NCBI GenBank assembly: GCA_965368975.1
Contig: CBDUPA010000023.1
Span: forward strand, 28,332 to 92,331
Reading direction: 5' to 3'
Source: an uncultured bacterium
GTDB taxonomy: Bacteria; Acidobacteriota; Thermoanaerobaculia; Multivoradales; JAHZIX01
DNA length: 64,000 nt
Every line of letters begins with the position of its first letter. The first letter of the stretch is position 1. This document shows, piece after piece, positions 42,101 to 50,597 of the stretch. The position numbers were made by a program, and so were the translations under genes. The notes beneath the pieces were generated by a model. It worked only from the letters and a program-made list of their open reading frames with translations. It was not told the DNA's origin and ran no database searches.

Positions 42101-42664
42101 GCACCGCGCCTGTTCGAGCTGCTGCGACGTAACGTCGAGGATTTCGGGGAGCAGGTCCGCACCTTCGATGTCGGTCTTGCGGATCAGGCTGGAGAGGCGT
42201 CCTTCACCTACTATCCGCGCTTGCCCGGCATGTCCTCCTTCGCAGCCGACAAGGACGACGAGCGTGCCTTGCTCGGCGCCATTGTGCGCAATCAGGCCGA
42301 GCGCGGCGAGGAGGGCATGGAGCACGTCATGTCCGACGTCGACGCCCTGATCGAGGATCGCCTGGGTAGCGAGAGCTTCCCGGCACAGCTGCGCACGCTG
42401 TCCGAGGTGCTGACCGAGACCGGGATCGACGCCGTCGACCTGCTCAAGATCGATGTCCAGAAGACCGAGCTGCAGGTGCTGCAGGGTCTGGCCGATGGTG
42501 ACTGGCCGAAGATCCGCCAGGTGGTGGTCGAGGTGCACGATCAGGACGGCCGCCTGCGGCGAGTGGAAGAGTTGCTGCAGAGCCGCGGCTACCGCACCGC
42601 CACCGATCAGGATTCGCTGCATACCGGTTCGGTGGTCCACTTCGTCTACGCCATCCGTTCCTGA
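39188..42664 (+). CDS. NRPS-like protein: truncated C (C-terminal lobe only) - A (Pro/pipecolate-type) - T - docking helix - FkbM methyltransferase
   Basis: Begins at WWLERL...LPLDRAR with no HHxxxDG; A motifs YTSGSTGFPKG, FDVSFQE, NQYGPTETHVV; T motif FLDLGGHSL; FkbM motifs VDVGANIGLF, YAFEP, LLKIDVQKTE, VVVEVH. ATG 39188 overlaps the PhyH stop. Confidence 0.92.
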   Translation: MSEQGTDEHEGWWLERLEPPPDETNLPLDRARSKVFSAKRAQVRVALPAALRGEVEAVGRGDSGALGRLLAGLVAVLHRYTSCERPVIGIPVAASETGGNVLPVIIDGVAQEQRFSDLAEAATAAVAATRAHASMPWATLVERLGLAEVQNRNPVFDIVLVLPGDPPVLAALRHDVEVRLGIEGKAELEIDYSARLLRTDTLERFAGHLLTLLAAALAEPEAALLDLDLLRDTERRQLIVDWNQTAAEFPSDRCLHHLFEASAAEHPDAEALVFEQRSWTYSELDAQANRLAHYLRAQGFGRHSRIGLSLRATDDSLVVLLAILKAGGAVVTLDATFPAYRLELIIRNSGLTAAVTETALLDRLPEGDYQAFCYDQLSAKLAAQPATPPEAAGSDLGSDASDLLYILYTSGSTGFPKGVCMEHRSLVNLCSWQLQHGAAPPNARTLHRTSLGFDVSFQEIFSTWAGGGTVVVASDAVRADISLLPAFFEQHRIERAFLPFVSLQQLAETFAVQTHKLETLKEIVTAGERLQITMPLVRFFRQVDCSLDNQYGPTETHVVTSYRLQGPCTRWPTLPPIGRPVHNVSTYILDARLRPVPVGVAGEICIGGVAVARGYNGLAEDGDSPFQPDPYRAQAGLDPFGGRLYRTGDLGRFLPDGEIEFLGRRDHQVKIRGYRVEMGEIEVALRDIAGVREAVVTAREDLSGTQALVAYIVTEAPDVPPLVAIRRALHERLPEHMVPAAAAFVRLAELPLTATGKVDPAKLPEPGQERPELSESYIASRSSLEKRVSAIWSKTLGVGQVGVNDKFLDLGGHSLVGVQIVSQINELYGITVRLSSLMNQATVASLAQEVERLLLARVEEMSEEDALQLAKGGGRDEPGQPGAGQPGAGQPGAGSTVSEFYELPNGRRVVDQYRAETHHLVVDIFEHKTYDRHGIVYPEDGCYVDVGANIGLFALYALERAPKARVYAFEPAPRLFELLRRNVEDFGEQVRTFDVGLADQAGEASFTYYPRLPGMSSFAADKDDERALLGAIVRNQAERGEEGMEHVMSDVDALIEDRLGSESFPAQLRTLSEVLTETGIDAVDLLKIDVQKTELQVLQGLADGDWPKIRQVVVEVHDQDGRLRRVEELLQSRGYRTATDQDSLHTGSVVHFVYAIRS
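41822..41866. repeat. Perfect 15-bp tandem repeat x3 (ggccaacctggagca), GQPGA linker between T and FkbM
   Basis: Directly visible. Confidence 0.95.
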
Positions 42665-42683
42665 GTTCGAGAGAGGCGCCCGG

Positions 42684-44363
42684 ATGCGAGATGATGACCT
42701 GCGCGATCGCCTGTCTGGGCTCTCGTCGGTCAAGCGGGCTCTCTACGAGCGCCTGCTGGAGGAGGGCGAGGCATCCTTCGGCGAGCGCGAAGCCATCCCC
42801 CGCTGGATGCACCGTGACCGTGGGCCCTTGACCCCGACTCAGCGCCAGCTGTGGCGGCAGGATCACTCGAAGGGCGGCGATGCACTGCTCAACATGTGTT
42901 ACGCGGTCCGCCTGGAACCGGCGCCGGAGGGCCGGCCCTTGGATGCGCGTGCCCTGCGGCGGGCGCTGGCTGATCTACAGGCGCGCCACGAGCCGCTGCG
43001 CAGCGTCTACGAGCAGGGCAGTACGGGCGTGGTGGTGCGTGTCCTGCCGTCGTCGCCACTGCACTTCGGCGACGTCGACCTGCGCGGTCTGCGTCCCGAG
43101 GACCGTGAGCGCCAGGTGCAACGTTGGGCCGCCGCCGACCTCTTGCGCGCCTTCGACCTGGCGCACGGTCCGGTGTGGCGGGGTGCGTTGCTGCGTCTGG
43201 AGTCTGCCGATGCGGCGAGCGGGCTAGACGTGTTGCTACTCGGCCTCCATCACGTCTGCGGCGACGCCTGGTCGATGGAAGTGTTCAGCAAGGATCTGTC
43301 CGAGCTCTACCGCGCCCGCGTCGCCCATCGCAGATCCAGCGCTGATCTAGGCGCCGAACCCGAGCTGCCACCGCTGGAACGTCAGTGTATCGACTGGGCT
43401 GCCGAGCAGGAGCGCTGGCTCACCGATCCCGAAGCCGGCGAGCAACTCGCCTGGTGGCAGCAGCGTCTCGCCCGCCCGCGGCCAGCGACGAGCGCCCTGC
43501 CCTACGACAAACCTCGGCTGCCGGTGCCCTACCTGCGTTCGTCGCGGCAAGTGGCGCAGCTACCAGCCGTCCTGGTCAGCGCTCTGCGCGACCTCGGCAG
43601 CCAACTGGGCACATCTCTGTTCACCACCCTGCTAGCCGGCTTCGCGGCAGTGCTGGCGCGCTGGCGCGGCGATCCCGACGTGCTGATCGGTAGCCTTGCC
43701 GCCAACCGGCCACCGGGCAGCACCCAGATGCTGGGTGCGCACTACAACACCATTGTGGTGCGCGCCGACCTGGGTGGTGATCCGGACCTGGTCGAAGTGC
43801 TGGAGCGGCTGGCGGATTGTGTCGAGGAGACCCTGCAGCACCAGCGCATCCCCTTTCCACTGGTCGCCGAACTCTACGAGAAGGATGCGCTCGCTGAGAC
43901 AGGGGGAAGCCACGACCACAAAGAACTGCACCGTGCGATGCTAGTTCTCGACAAGTACCCCTTACAGTTCCTGCAACTCGAAGGCCTCGATGTCCGTGGC
44001 CTGCACTTCAGTCCCTACGAACCCGAGTCCGCCGTCGATTCCGCCGACCCTGTGCCGACACATCCCGAGCTGCCATTCCAGATCACTCGCCTACTGACCG
44101 CCTCGTCCGCGGATCTGACCTTCTTCCTGCGCGAAGCCGGCGATGCGCTCACCCTGTCCGCCTTCTACAAGACGGATCTCTTCGATGACCGCACGATTGC
44201 CAAACTGATACTGTCGTTCATAGAAGCACTCGTCGACCTGGCCAACGCTTCCGACACTCCACTGAGTCAGCTGTCGCTATCTCTCGATGCGCAAGCTCGG
44301 GTAGTAGGGCAGGCTCCGGATGCCGAGGCCTTCCCCCAAACTGCGTTCGAAGGAGATTCCTGA
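42684..44363 (+). CDS. Stand-alone condensation domain protein with N-terminal docking helix
   Basis: Likely start MRDDDLRDRLSGLSSVKRALYERLL; PLTPTQRQLW, RHEPLRS, HHVCGDAWS, LPYDKPR, YKTDLFDDRTI. Confidence 0.88.
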   Translation: MRDDDLRDRLSGLSSVKRALYERLLEEGEASFGEREAIPRWMHRDRGPLTPTQRQLWRQDHSKGGDALLNMCYAVRLEPAPEGRPLDARALRRALADLQARHEPLRSVYEQGSTGVVVRVLPSSPLHFGDVDLRGLRPEDRERQVQRWAAADLLRAFDLAHGPVWRGALLRLESADAASGLDVLLLGLHHVCGDAWSMEVFSKDLSELYRARVAHRRSSADLGAEPELPPLERQCIDWAAEQERWLTDPEAGEQLAWWQQRLARPRPATSALPYDKPRLPVPYLRSSRQVAQLPAVLVSALRDLGSQLGTSLFTTLLAGFAAVLARWRGDPDVLIGSLAANRPPGSTQMLGAHYNTIVVRADLGGDPDLVEVLERLADCVEETLQHQRIPFPLVAELYEKDALAETGGSHDHKELHRAMLVLDKYPLQFLQLEGLDVRGLHFSPYEPESAVDSADPVPTHPELPFQITRLLTASSADLTFFLREAGDALTLSAFYKTDLFDDRTIAKLILSFIEALVDLANASDTPLSQLSLSLDAQARVVGQAPDAEAFPQTAFEGDS

Positions 44364-44365
44364 TC

Positions 44366-44902
44366 ATGGCAAAAGAGAAGAAAGCGGCGAAGAAGAAGGC
44401 GAAGCTGAAGGGCCGTACGCTGACCGCGTTGCGAGAAGGCGGCAAGCCCGCTGCGGCACTGATCAACACGTTGAGCCCCGAGCGCTCGCTGTCCGAGATC
44501 ACCCTGGTGGTCAACACCCTGAGCGAGGCGCAGAGCTTGACCCCTGAAGCTAGCTTCGGCCACGCCAAGATCACCTCCCTGAGCCCGGCCGCCTCAGTGA
44601 CTCCTGTTTCGGTGCGCCTGCGCGACGGCGGCGAGACCTTCGACGTCGCGGTGCAGGCCCTGACACCGGTCGGCAGCCTGGCCGAAGTCAGCGGCGGCGC
44701 GGCTGCCAACCTGTTCTCCAGCTCCATGTTCGATACCTTTCTGGCGGCGCAGCTGCTGGAGCCCAAACAACTGCTGGAGCTGGACGCCCGCCAACTGCTG
44801 GCGGTCAAGCAGCACGTGATCCAGACCATCGTCTCGTCGCCAGCCATCCTCAAGGTGCTCAAGGCCAAGGCTGCGTCGGTGGTCAAAGAACTCACGGCCT
44901 AG
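44366..44902 (+). CDS. Hypothetical protein with Lys-rich N-terminus and repeated L(S/T)PxxS motifs
   Basis: GGAG RBS, 2-bp gap from the upstream gene, typical high-GC codon usage. Confidence 0.75.
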   Translation: MAKEKKAAKKKAKLKGRTLTALREGGKPAAALINTLSPERSLSEITLVVNTLSEAQSLTPEASFGHAKITSLSPAASVTPVSVRLRDGGETFDVAVQALTPVGSLAEVSGGAAANLFSSSMFDTFLAAQLLEPKQLLELDARQLLAVKQHVIQTIVSSPAILKVLKAKAASVVKELTA

Positions 44903-44940
44903 ATTGGCCGCCTTCATTGGGTGGCAGGAGAAAGAAAGCC

Positions 44941-45801
44941 ATGGACCTGACCCCGGAACAGCAGGCCCTTTTACCGTCTGACGCCGACGTGCATTTCTAT
45001 CAGGAACACGGTTGGTGGATCTCGCCGGTACTGCTCGACGCGCACGAACTCGAAGACGCCAACTTTGGTGCTGAGCGCTACTACGCTGGTGAGCGCGACG
45101 CGCCGCTCTTGGTCGACCTGCACACCGATTGGAAGCCCGAGGACGGCGAAGTGCTGCGCCAGAACGACTATGTTTCGCGCCAGGTCGACGAGTTCCGCGA
45201 CTTGCTGCACCATCCCCTGGTCGCCGCTACCGCCGCCCGCCTGAGCGGTGCGGACTCGTTGCGTCTGTTCCACGACCAGCTGATCTACAAGCCGCCTGGC
45301 GCACCGCCGGAGCGCAACACCGTTGGCTGGCACGCCGACAAGGCCTACTGGCAGACCTGCACCTCGACGCGGATGCTCACTGCCTGGATCCCGTTGCAGG
45401 AAAGCACCGAAGAACTCGGCACACTGGTCGTGCTCGACAAGAGCCACCACTGGAGCGCCGAGCTTGGCCTGCGCACCTTCCACAATCCCGACCTCGCCGC
45501 GCTCGAAGCGCGCATCCGCGCCAGCGGTCACCCCATGGAGCGCGTGCCGCTGGTGATGGAGCCCGGTCAGGTCAGCTTCCACCATTGCTTGACCATCCAC
45601 GGCAGCTACCCCAACGTCTCCGACCGCCCGCGTCTGGCCTACGCCATCCACCTGCAGGACGGCGGTAACGTCTACCAGGCTGCGCTGCAGGACAACGGCA
45701 AGCCGGTGATTCACATCAACGACATTCTGTGCGGCAAGGACGCCGCTGGCCAGCCGGACTACGCGGATCCGGCGATCTGCCCCGAGGTGTGGCCGCTCTA
45801 G
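44941..45801 (+). CDS. PhyH-family Fe(II)/2-oxoglutarate dioxygenase (paralog of 38322-39191)
   Basis: WHAD, LTAWIP, FHHCLTIHGSYPN; long shared blocks with the first copy (DWKPE, AARLSG, RLFHDQL, YWxTCTS, PDYADP). Confidence 0.92.
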   Translation: MDLTPEQQALLPSDADVHFYQEHGWWISPVLLDAHELEDANFGAERYYAGERDAPLLVDLHTDWKPEDGEVLRQNDYVSRQVDEFRDLLHHPLVAATAARLSGADSLRLFHDQLIYKPPGAPPERNTVGWHADKAYWQTCTSTRMLTAWIPLQESTEELGTLVVLDKSHHWSAELGLRTFHNPDLAALEARIRASGHPMERVPLVMEPGQVSFHHCLTIHGSYPNVSDRPRLAYAIHLQDGGNVYQAALQDNGKPVIHINDILCGKDAAGQPDYADPAICPEVWPL

Positions 45802-45945
45802 TTTTCAAGAGCCTCCACGCGGAGAAGCGGTTCGAAAGGAAGACCAGGGGGGGCCGAAGCTGCGGTGTACAATAACCGGACCCGGCTTCCTCGCGAGGCC
45901 GTTTCCCCACCTTCCTTTTCCCTTCCCCTCGGAGGTAGAAATACG

Positions 45946-48000
45946 ATGACGACTCCCGCTCGCTCCCCATCTTCCAGCATCGAGTCCTCCAGCATTCCGT
46001 CCTCCCGCCCGGCCGAGACTGTCACCCTGACGCCCGACAAGCGCATCCTCTTCCTGACCAAAGATCCCGAGCTGATCCGCAAGCAGCTCACCGGCGAGCT
46101 GAACCTGACGCTCGATGATGTTGGCGTCGACGACCTGCTCGACGACATCAACACTGACGCCATGACGCCAGCCTGGGTGTGCTTCAATCATCGTCCCGAA
46201 GACCTGGCGCGCGAGGCGTACGCGGGCCTGATTGTCGACGGGCAGCGGGTGTTCGAGCGTGACGCCTTGATCAACGGCGGTTTCGAAGTGATCGTGTCGG
46301 GCTATCGCAAGGGCGTCGGGTCGTCACGGGAGACGGCGGTGCAAGCGGAGAAGTGGAGCGGCATTCGGATCGCGGTGGCTGAATCGTTCGCGCCGATCCA
46401 TGCGCGCAACAACATCAACCAAGGGGTGTTGATGGCCAACCATGCCATGCTACGCCGCCTGATGGACGGCGAGGGTGTGCCGCTCGAGGAGTTCTACCGC
46501 GAGTACGACCCAATCACGCAGTTGATCGTGCGGCACGGCGGGCTGTTCCCGTTCGCACGTGCGCTGAAGGCCAAGGAAGTGCAACTGCCGTCACCTGCCA
46601 CGGGGGAGCGGCCGATGACGATGTGCGAGAAGGTCCTGGCGGCGCACCTGGTCGGCGTCAATTCGGCAGGGCGCTACGTGCAGCCCGGCGACGCGGTGTT
46701 GGTGGAGGTCGATGGCGGCTATTCGCACGACTTCACGTCGGCACAGGTGCACTACTTCCTGCAGCAGGAGTACGGCGACGACTACCAGGTACAGACGCCG
46801 GAGCGCTTCGGCGCCTTCGAAGATCACCTGATCTACGCCGACGGCGTCGCCCGCTTCGCGCCTTTCCGCGACAAGATCGAGGTGTTGCGCCAGCTGCAGC
46901 GCGACTTCCAAGGACACACCGGGGTGCGCGATTTCTTGGCCAAGGACGGCGTGTCGCCGGGCATCTGCCACGAGGTGGCGCGCGTCGAGATGGTCGAGCC
47001 GGGAGACTTCATCCAGGCGACGGACAGCCACACTTGCATGGGCGGCGCCAACAACGCACTGGCCTGGGGCGTTGGTTCGACGGAGTACGCCAATCTGTTG
47101 TACTCGGGCTTCACGCAGGTCGAGGTACCGGAGGCGATCCGTTTCCACCTGGTCGGCGAACTGGCGGACAACGTCACGGCCAAGGACGTCATGCTGCACA
47201 TCCTGCTGCACTACGCGCGGCCGCAGTTGACGCTCAACCGGGTGATGGAGTTCACCGGCCCGGGGCTGGCCAGTCTGTCGATGGACGAGCGCGCGACGCT
47301 GACCAACATGGCGACCGAGTGCTCGGCGCGCGGCGGCATTATCTCGGCGGACGAGGTCTTGTTCGAGTGGTTGGCCGAGCACCGGCCCGGCCTCGACCTC
47401 GAGCGCGCGCGAGAGAGAGCCGTCGAGCCGGACGAAGGTGCGGTCTATGCCGGTGGTGAGCACGATATCGACCTGTCGGCCATGCGGCCGATGGTGGCGC
47501 ATCCGGGCGATCCGGACCACGGCGTGCCATCGGATCCGACCAACGGTGCGATGGTCGACGAGATCGGCCGCGTCGAGATCGATATCGCCTACGGTGGTAG
47601 CTGCACGGCGGGCAAGATCGACGACTTCGACTTCTACCACCGGGTGGTCAAGGAGGCGTTGGAGCAGGGCCTGAAGGTGCACCCGAACGTACGCTTCTTG
47701 ATCCAGTTCGGCTCCCAGGAGGTCGAGCGCTATGCCCGTGGCAACGGCTTGGTGGACGACTTCGAGCGTGCTGGGGTGACCGTCATCCAACCTGGCTGTG
47801 GCGCCTGCATTGGCTGCGGCCCGGGTGTCTCGGAGAACGCCGAGCAGGTGACGGTGAGCGCGATCAATCGCAACTACAAGGGGCGCTCGGGTCCGGGCAA
47901 GCTCTACCTGGCGTCGCCACTGACGGTGGCGGCTTCGGCCTTCGCTGGCTACATCACGGCCTACGAGCCGGGGATGTTCCGGCAGCGCATGGCGTCTTGA
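45946..48000 (+). CDS. Aconitase-family hydro-lyase, LeuD-like swivel domain fused N-terminal to a LeuC-like domain
   Basis: DDINTDAMTP and GVGSSRETA (swivel), then PMTMCEK, DSHTCMGG, GGSCTAG, PGCGACIG, NRNYKGRSG, YLASP. GGAGG RBS before ATG 45946. Confidence 0.88.
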   Translation: MTTPARSPSSSIESSSIPSSRPAETVTLTPDKRILFLTKDPELIRKQLTGELNLTLDDVGVDDLLDDINTDAMTPAWVCFNHRPEDLAREAYAGLIVDGQRVFERDALINGGFEVIVSGYRKGVGSSRETAVQAEKWSGIRIAVAESFAPIHARNNINQGVLMANHAMLRRLMDGEGVPLEEFYREYDPITQLIVRHGGLFPFARALKAKEVQLPSPATGERPMTMCEKVLAAHLVGVNSAGRYVQPGDAVLVEVDGGYSHDFTSAQVHYFLQQEYGDDYQVQTPERFGAFEDHLIYADGVARFAPFRDKIEVLRQLQRDFQGHTGVRDFLAKDGVSPGICHEVARVEMVEPGDFIQATDSHTCMGGANNALAWGVGSTEYANLLYSGFTQVEVPEAIRFHLVGELADNVTAKDVMLHILLHYARPQLTLNRVMEFTGPGLASLSMDERATLTNMATECSARGGIISADEVLFEWLAEHRPGLDLERARERAVEPDEGAVYAGGEHDIDLSAMRPMVAHPGDPDHGVPSDPTNGAMVDEIGRVEIDIAYGGSCTAGKIDDFDFYHRVVKEALEQGLKVHPNVRFLIQFGSQEVERYARGNGLVDDFERAGVTVIQPGCGACIGCGPGVSENAEQVTVSAINRNYKGRSGPGKLYLASPLTVAASAFAGYITAYEPGMFRQRMAS

Positions 48001-48134
48001 GGTCGGGCGCCGAGTGTGGCTCGGCTAGAGTTCTTCGGCTGCCATAGCTTTTCGGCTGATAGAGTTTTCCGCTGATAGAATGGCCGTCACATTGTGAAAT
48101 CCGTCAACGCGCCTTCAGAGAGGGAGAAGACCCG

Positions 48135-48380
48135 ATGAGTGAGAAGCCGACGATTGCCGCCCGCACGCCGGTCGTGCTCGAGTTGGAGCCTGGAACCTAT
48201 TGGTGGTGCCGCTGCGGCAAGTCCGCGAACCAGCCATTCTGCGATGGTGCCCACGCGGGGTCCGGTTTCGAGCCGATGGAGGTCGAGATCTCGGAGAAGA
48301 AGCGGTACGCGATGTGCGCGTGCAAGTACACGGAGAACTCTCCGATGTGCGACGGCACGCACGCGCGGCTGCCAGAGTAG
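48135..48380 (+). CDS. CDGSH iron-sulfur domain protein (two motifs, MiNT-like)
   Basis: WCRCGKSANQPFCDGAH and MCACKYTENSPMCDGTH. Confidence 0.92.
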   Translation: MSEKPTIAARTPVVLELEPGTYWWCRCGKSANQPFCDGAHAGSGFEPMEVEISEKKRYAMCACKYTENSPMCDGTHARLPE

Positions 48381-48403
48381 CGTTCGCGCTCACTGCGACC
48401 GAG

Positions 48404-48435
48404 AGAGAAGAAAGGCCGGGGTCGAAACCCCGGCC
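48404..48435 (-). terminator. Rho-independent terminator downstream of btuB (possibly bidirectional)
   Basis: Stem GGCCGGGGT-CGAA-ACCCCGGCC followed on the minus strand by TTTCTTCTCT. Confidence 0.7.
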
Positions 48436-48481
48436 GTCGTGCTTCTGGGGCCCCTTGTTCTTGAGGAAGAGAGGGCCGGTT

Positions 48482-50443
48482 CTACCAGCGCAGCGCGATG
48501 CCGCCGATGACGCTGCGGCCGAGAGCCGGGAAGCCGAGGACTTCTTCGTAGGCCTCGTCGGCGACGTTCTCCACGCGGGCGTAGGGTGCCAGCATCGGTG
48601 TGGCCTGCCAGCGCGCACCGAGATCGATGCGCGTGTGGCTGGGATTGGTGGTGCGCGCGAAGGTCACCGGGTCGGAGTCTGGGCGCGCGCCGGTGTAGCT
48701 GGCTTCCAGGTGGAAAGTCCAGTCGGCTGTGCCACTGCCTGTGCCGCTGCCTGTGCCGCCGAGAGTGGGCTTCCAGGCGCTGGGCTTCCAGGCGCTGGGC
48801 TTCCAGGTGAGGACGGCGAACGCGCTCTCGTCGGGACGCCGTAGCAGAGCCTCGCCGGTGTCGCGGTTCTCGGCATCGAGGAAGGTGGCACCGACCTGGA
48901 CGCTCAGCCCGTTCCCTGTCCAGGACACCTCGGCTTCGAGTCCCTGGCTCTCGGCACGGCCACGGTTGACGTTGCTGAAGGTGACGGGATCGAAGTCGAT
49001 CAAGCCGTCTTGACGGATGTCGAAGGCCACCAAGCCGAACTGCCACGGGCCGCTACGGTGTTCCAGCGCGATCTCGTAGCTGTCACTGGTCTCGGGCTCG
49101 AGGTCCGGATTGCCGCTGAACGGGAAGAAGCGCTCGCCCAGGCTTGGAGCGCGAAAGGCCTGCGACCAGCCGGCCCGCAGACGCGTTCCTTCGGACAGTT
49201 GCAGGGCGATGTGGACCCCGGGGCTGGTTTCACTGCCGAAAGCCTCGTGGTCGTCCTGGCGTAGGCTGAGGTCGAGCAGCCAGCGGCCCTGTTGCCAGTG
49301 CACCTGGCCGAAGGCGGCCCGGCTGATCTGGCGATCGTCGTCGAGATTGGTGCCGAAGGTGTTGATGTTGGTCACCTCCTCGCGCCGCCACTCGCCGCCG
49401 AAGGCCAGCCAGGAGGTGGCGTCGGATGTGGCGGCGAAGCGGTACGTCGCGACGGCTCTGCCCCGCAGGCTCTCAGCGTCGGTGTCGTTGGCGTCGAAGA
49501 AGGCGTCCGGATCGCGAAACTCGAAGTCGCTGTCGATCTGCGATAGCAGGACGTCGAGTTCCCAGGCGCCGAAGCCGGCATGGAGTGGCACGGCGAGCTG
49601 ACGATCTTGCTGCGTCTGGAGGCGGTTGGGCGTCAGCGTGGCGCCGGAGAGTGGAATGCCGATCTCGGCGTCGTGCACACGGGCCAGTAGGCCGATCGAG
49701 AAGGCGTTGCCCGTGCCCCTGTCGGAGCTCGTGCCGGAGCTCCACTCCAAGCGAGCGGTGATGTCCTCGCCATCGTAGAAGTCGTTGTTCAGCTCGCCTT
49801 CGGAGGTACGGGCCAGGCCGAGCAAGTCGAAGCGCAAGCTGCCCGAGTCACCGGTGGCGAAGCTGCGGCCGGCGGTGACGGCGGCGCGGCCGTAGCTGTT
49901 GTCGCCGCCTTCGAGGTCGAGTGCGATACCGTCGCTTCGACTGCTGAGCACGTTGACCGTGCCGCCGATGGCGTCACTGCCGTAGAGGCTGCTCAGTGGT
50001 CCGCGTACCACCTCGATGCGATCGACTCCGACGGTGGGCAGGAAAGCCCAGTCGTAGCCGCCGAAGTAGGGGCTGTTGAGCGGCACGCCGTTCCACAGCG
50101 CCAGCGTGTGTGTCGAGTTGGTGCCTCGGCTGAACACCGAGGTGACGGTGCCGGGGCCACCGCTCTGCGCGACGGTCACGCCGGGCACGGTGCGCAGCAG
50201 GTCGATCACCGTGGTGGCCTGGCGGGCCTCGATGTCGGCCTGGTCGAAGACGCTCACCGACGCTGGTGCGTCGGCTGCCGGCGTCGCTTCGAGCGTCGCG
50301 GTGACCGTCAGGTCGTCCTGGAAGGTGGAGGCAGTGGAGGGCTCGGGGGCGGTAGAAGGCTCGGGGACAGGGGGGGTATCGGTCTGGGCGAGTGCTGGAG
50401 ACGCGCCCCCGAGCGTCCCGAGCAGGATCAGGGCGTACAACAT
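48482..50443 (-). CDS. btuB: TonB-dependent cobalamin receptor (BtuB-like)
   Basis: Signal peptide, TonB box DDLTVTAT, plug motifs (LLRTVPGV, RIEVVRGPLSSLYGSDAIGG), GNPDLEPE, terminal W; downstream of a cobalamin riboswitch. AAGGAG RBS before ATG 50443. Confidence 0.88.
   Translation of the reverse strand: MLYALILLGTLGGASPALAQTDTPPVPEPSTAPEPSTASTFQDDLTVTATLEATPAADAPASVSVFDQADIEARQATTVIDLLRTVPGVTVAQSGGPGTVTSVFSRGTNSTHTLALWNGVPLNSPYFGGYDWAFLPTVGVDRIEVVRGPLSSLYGSDAIGGTVNVLSSRSDGIALDLEGGDNSYGRAAVTAGRSFATGDSGSLRFDLLGLARTSEGELNNDFYDGEDITARLEWSSGTSSDRGTGNAFSIGLLARVHDAEIGIPLSGATLTPNRLQTQQDRQLAVPLHAGFGAWELDVLLSQIDSDFEFRDPDAFFDANDTDAESLRGRAVATYRFAATSDATSWLAFGGEWRREEVTNINTFGTNLDDDRQISRAAFGQVHWQQGRWLLDLSLRQDDHEAFGSETSPGVHIALQLSEGTRLRAGWSQAFRAPSLGERFFPFSGNPDLEPETSDSYEIALEHRSGPWQFGLVAFDIRQDGLIDFDPVTFSNVNRGRAESQGLEAEVSWTGNGLSVQVGATFLDAENRDTGEALLRRPDESAFAVLTWKPSAWKPSAWKPTLGGTGSGTGSGTADWTFHLEASYTGARPDSDPVTFARTTNPSHTRIDLGARWQATPMLAPYARVENVADEAYEEVLGFPALGRSVIGGIALRW
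48766..48810. repeat. 15-bp tandem repeat x3 (tgggcttccaggcgc), WKPSA repeats in btuB
   Basis: Directly visible. Confidence 0.92.
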
Positions 50444-50597
50444 GCCGTGCTCCTTGTGCGCCATGTACGGCGCGCTGGGGTTGATCCGGCTCCCACGGCC
50501 GGACGCGCCCCGAGGAGCGTGTCGGTGAGAGGCTCGCTCTCGGCGGTCCGCACGCGCCCCGGCTCGTTCCACCCGAAAGAGCAGGAGGGAATGCAGT

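Noticed and set aside
42453-42683. N-terminal extension of the stand-alone C ORF given in the track
   Set aside because: It overlaps the FkbM coding end; the ATG at 42684 has an upstream purine-rich RBS and begins the docking helix.
38322-45801. PhyH paralogs as non-heme iron halogenases
   Set aside because: Both retain the HxD carboxylate (WHVD, WHAD); halogenases replace it with Ala or Gly.
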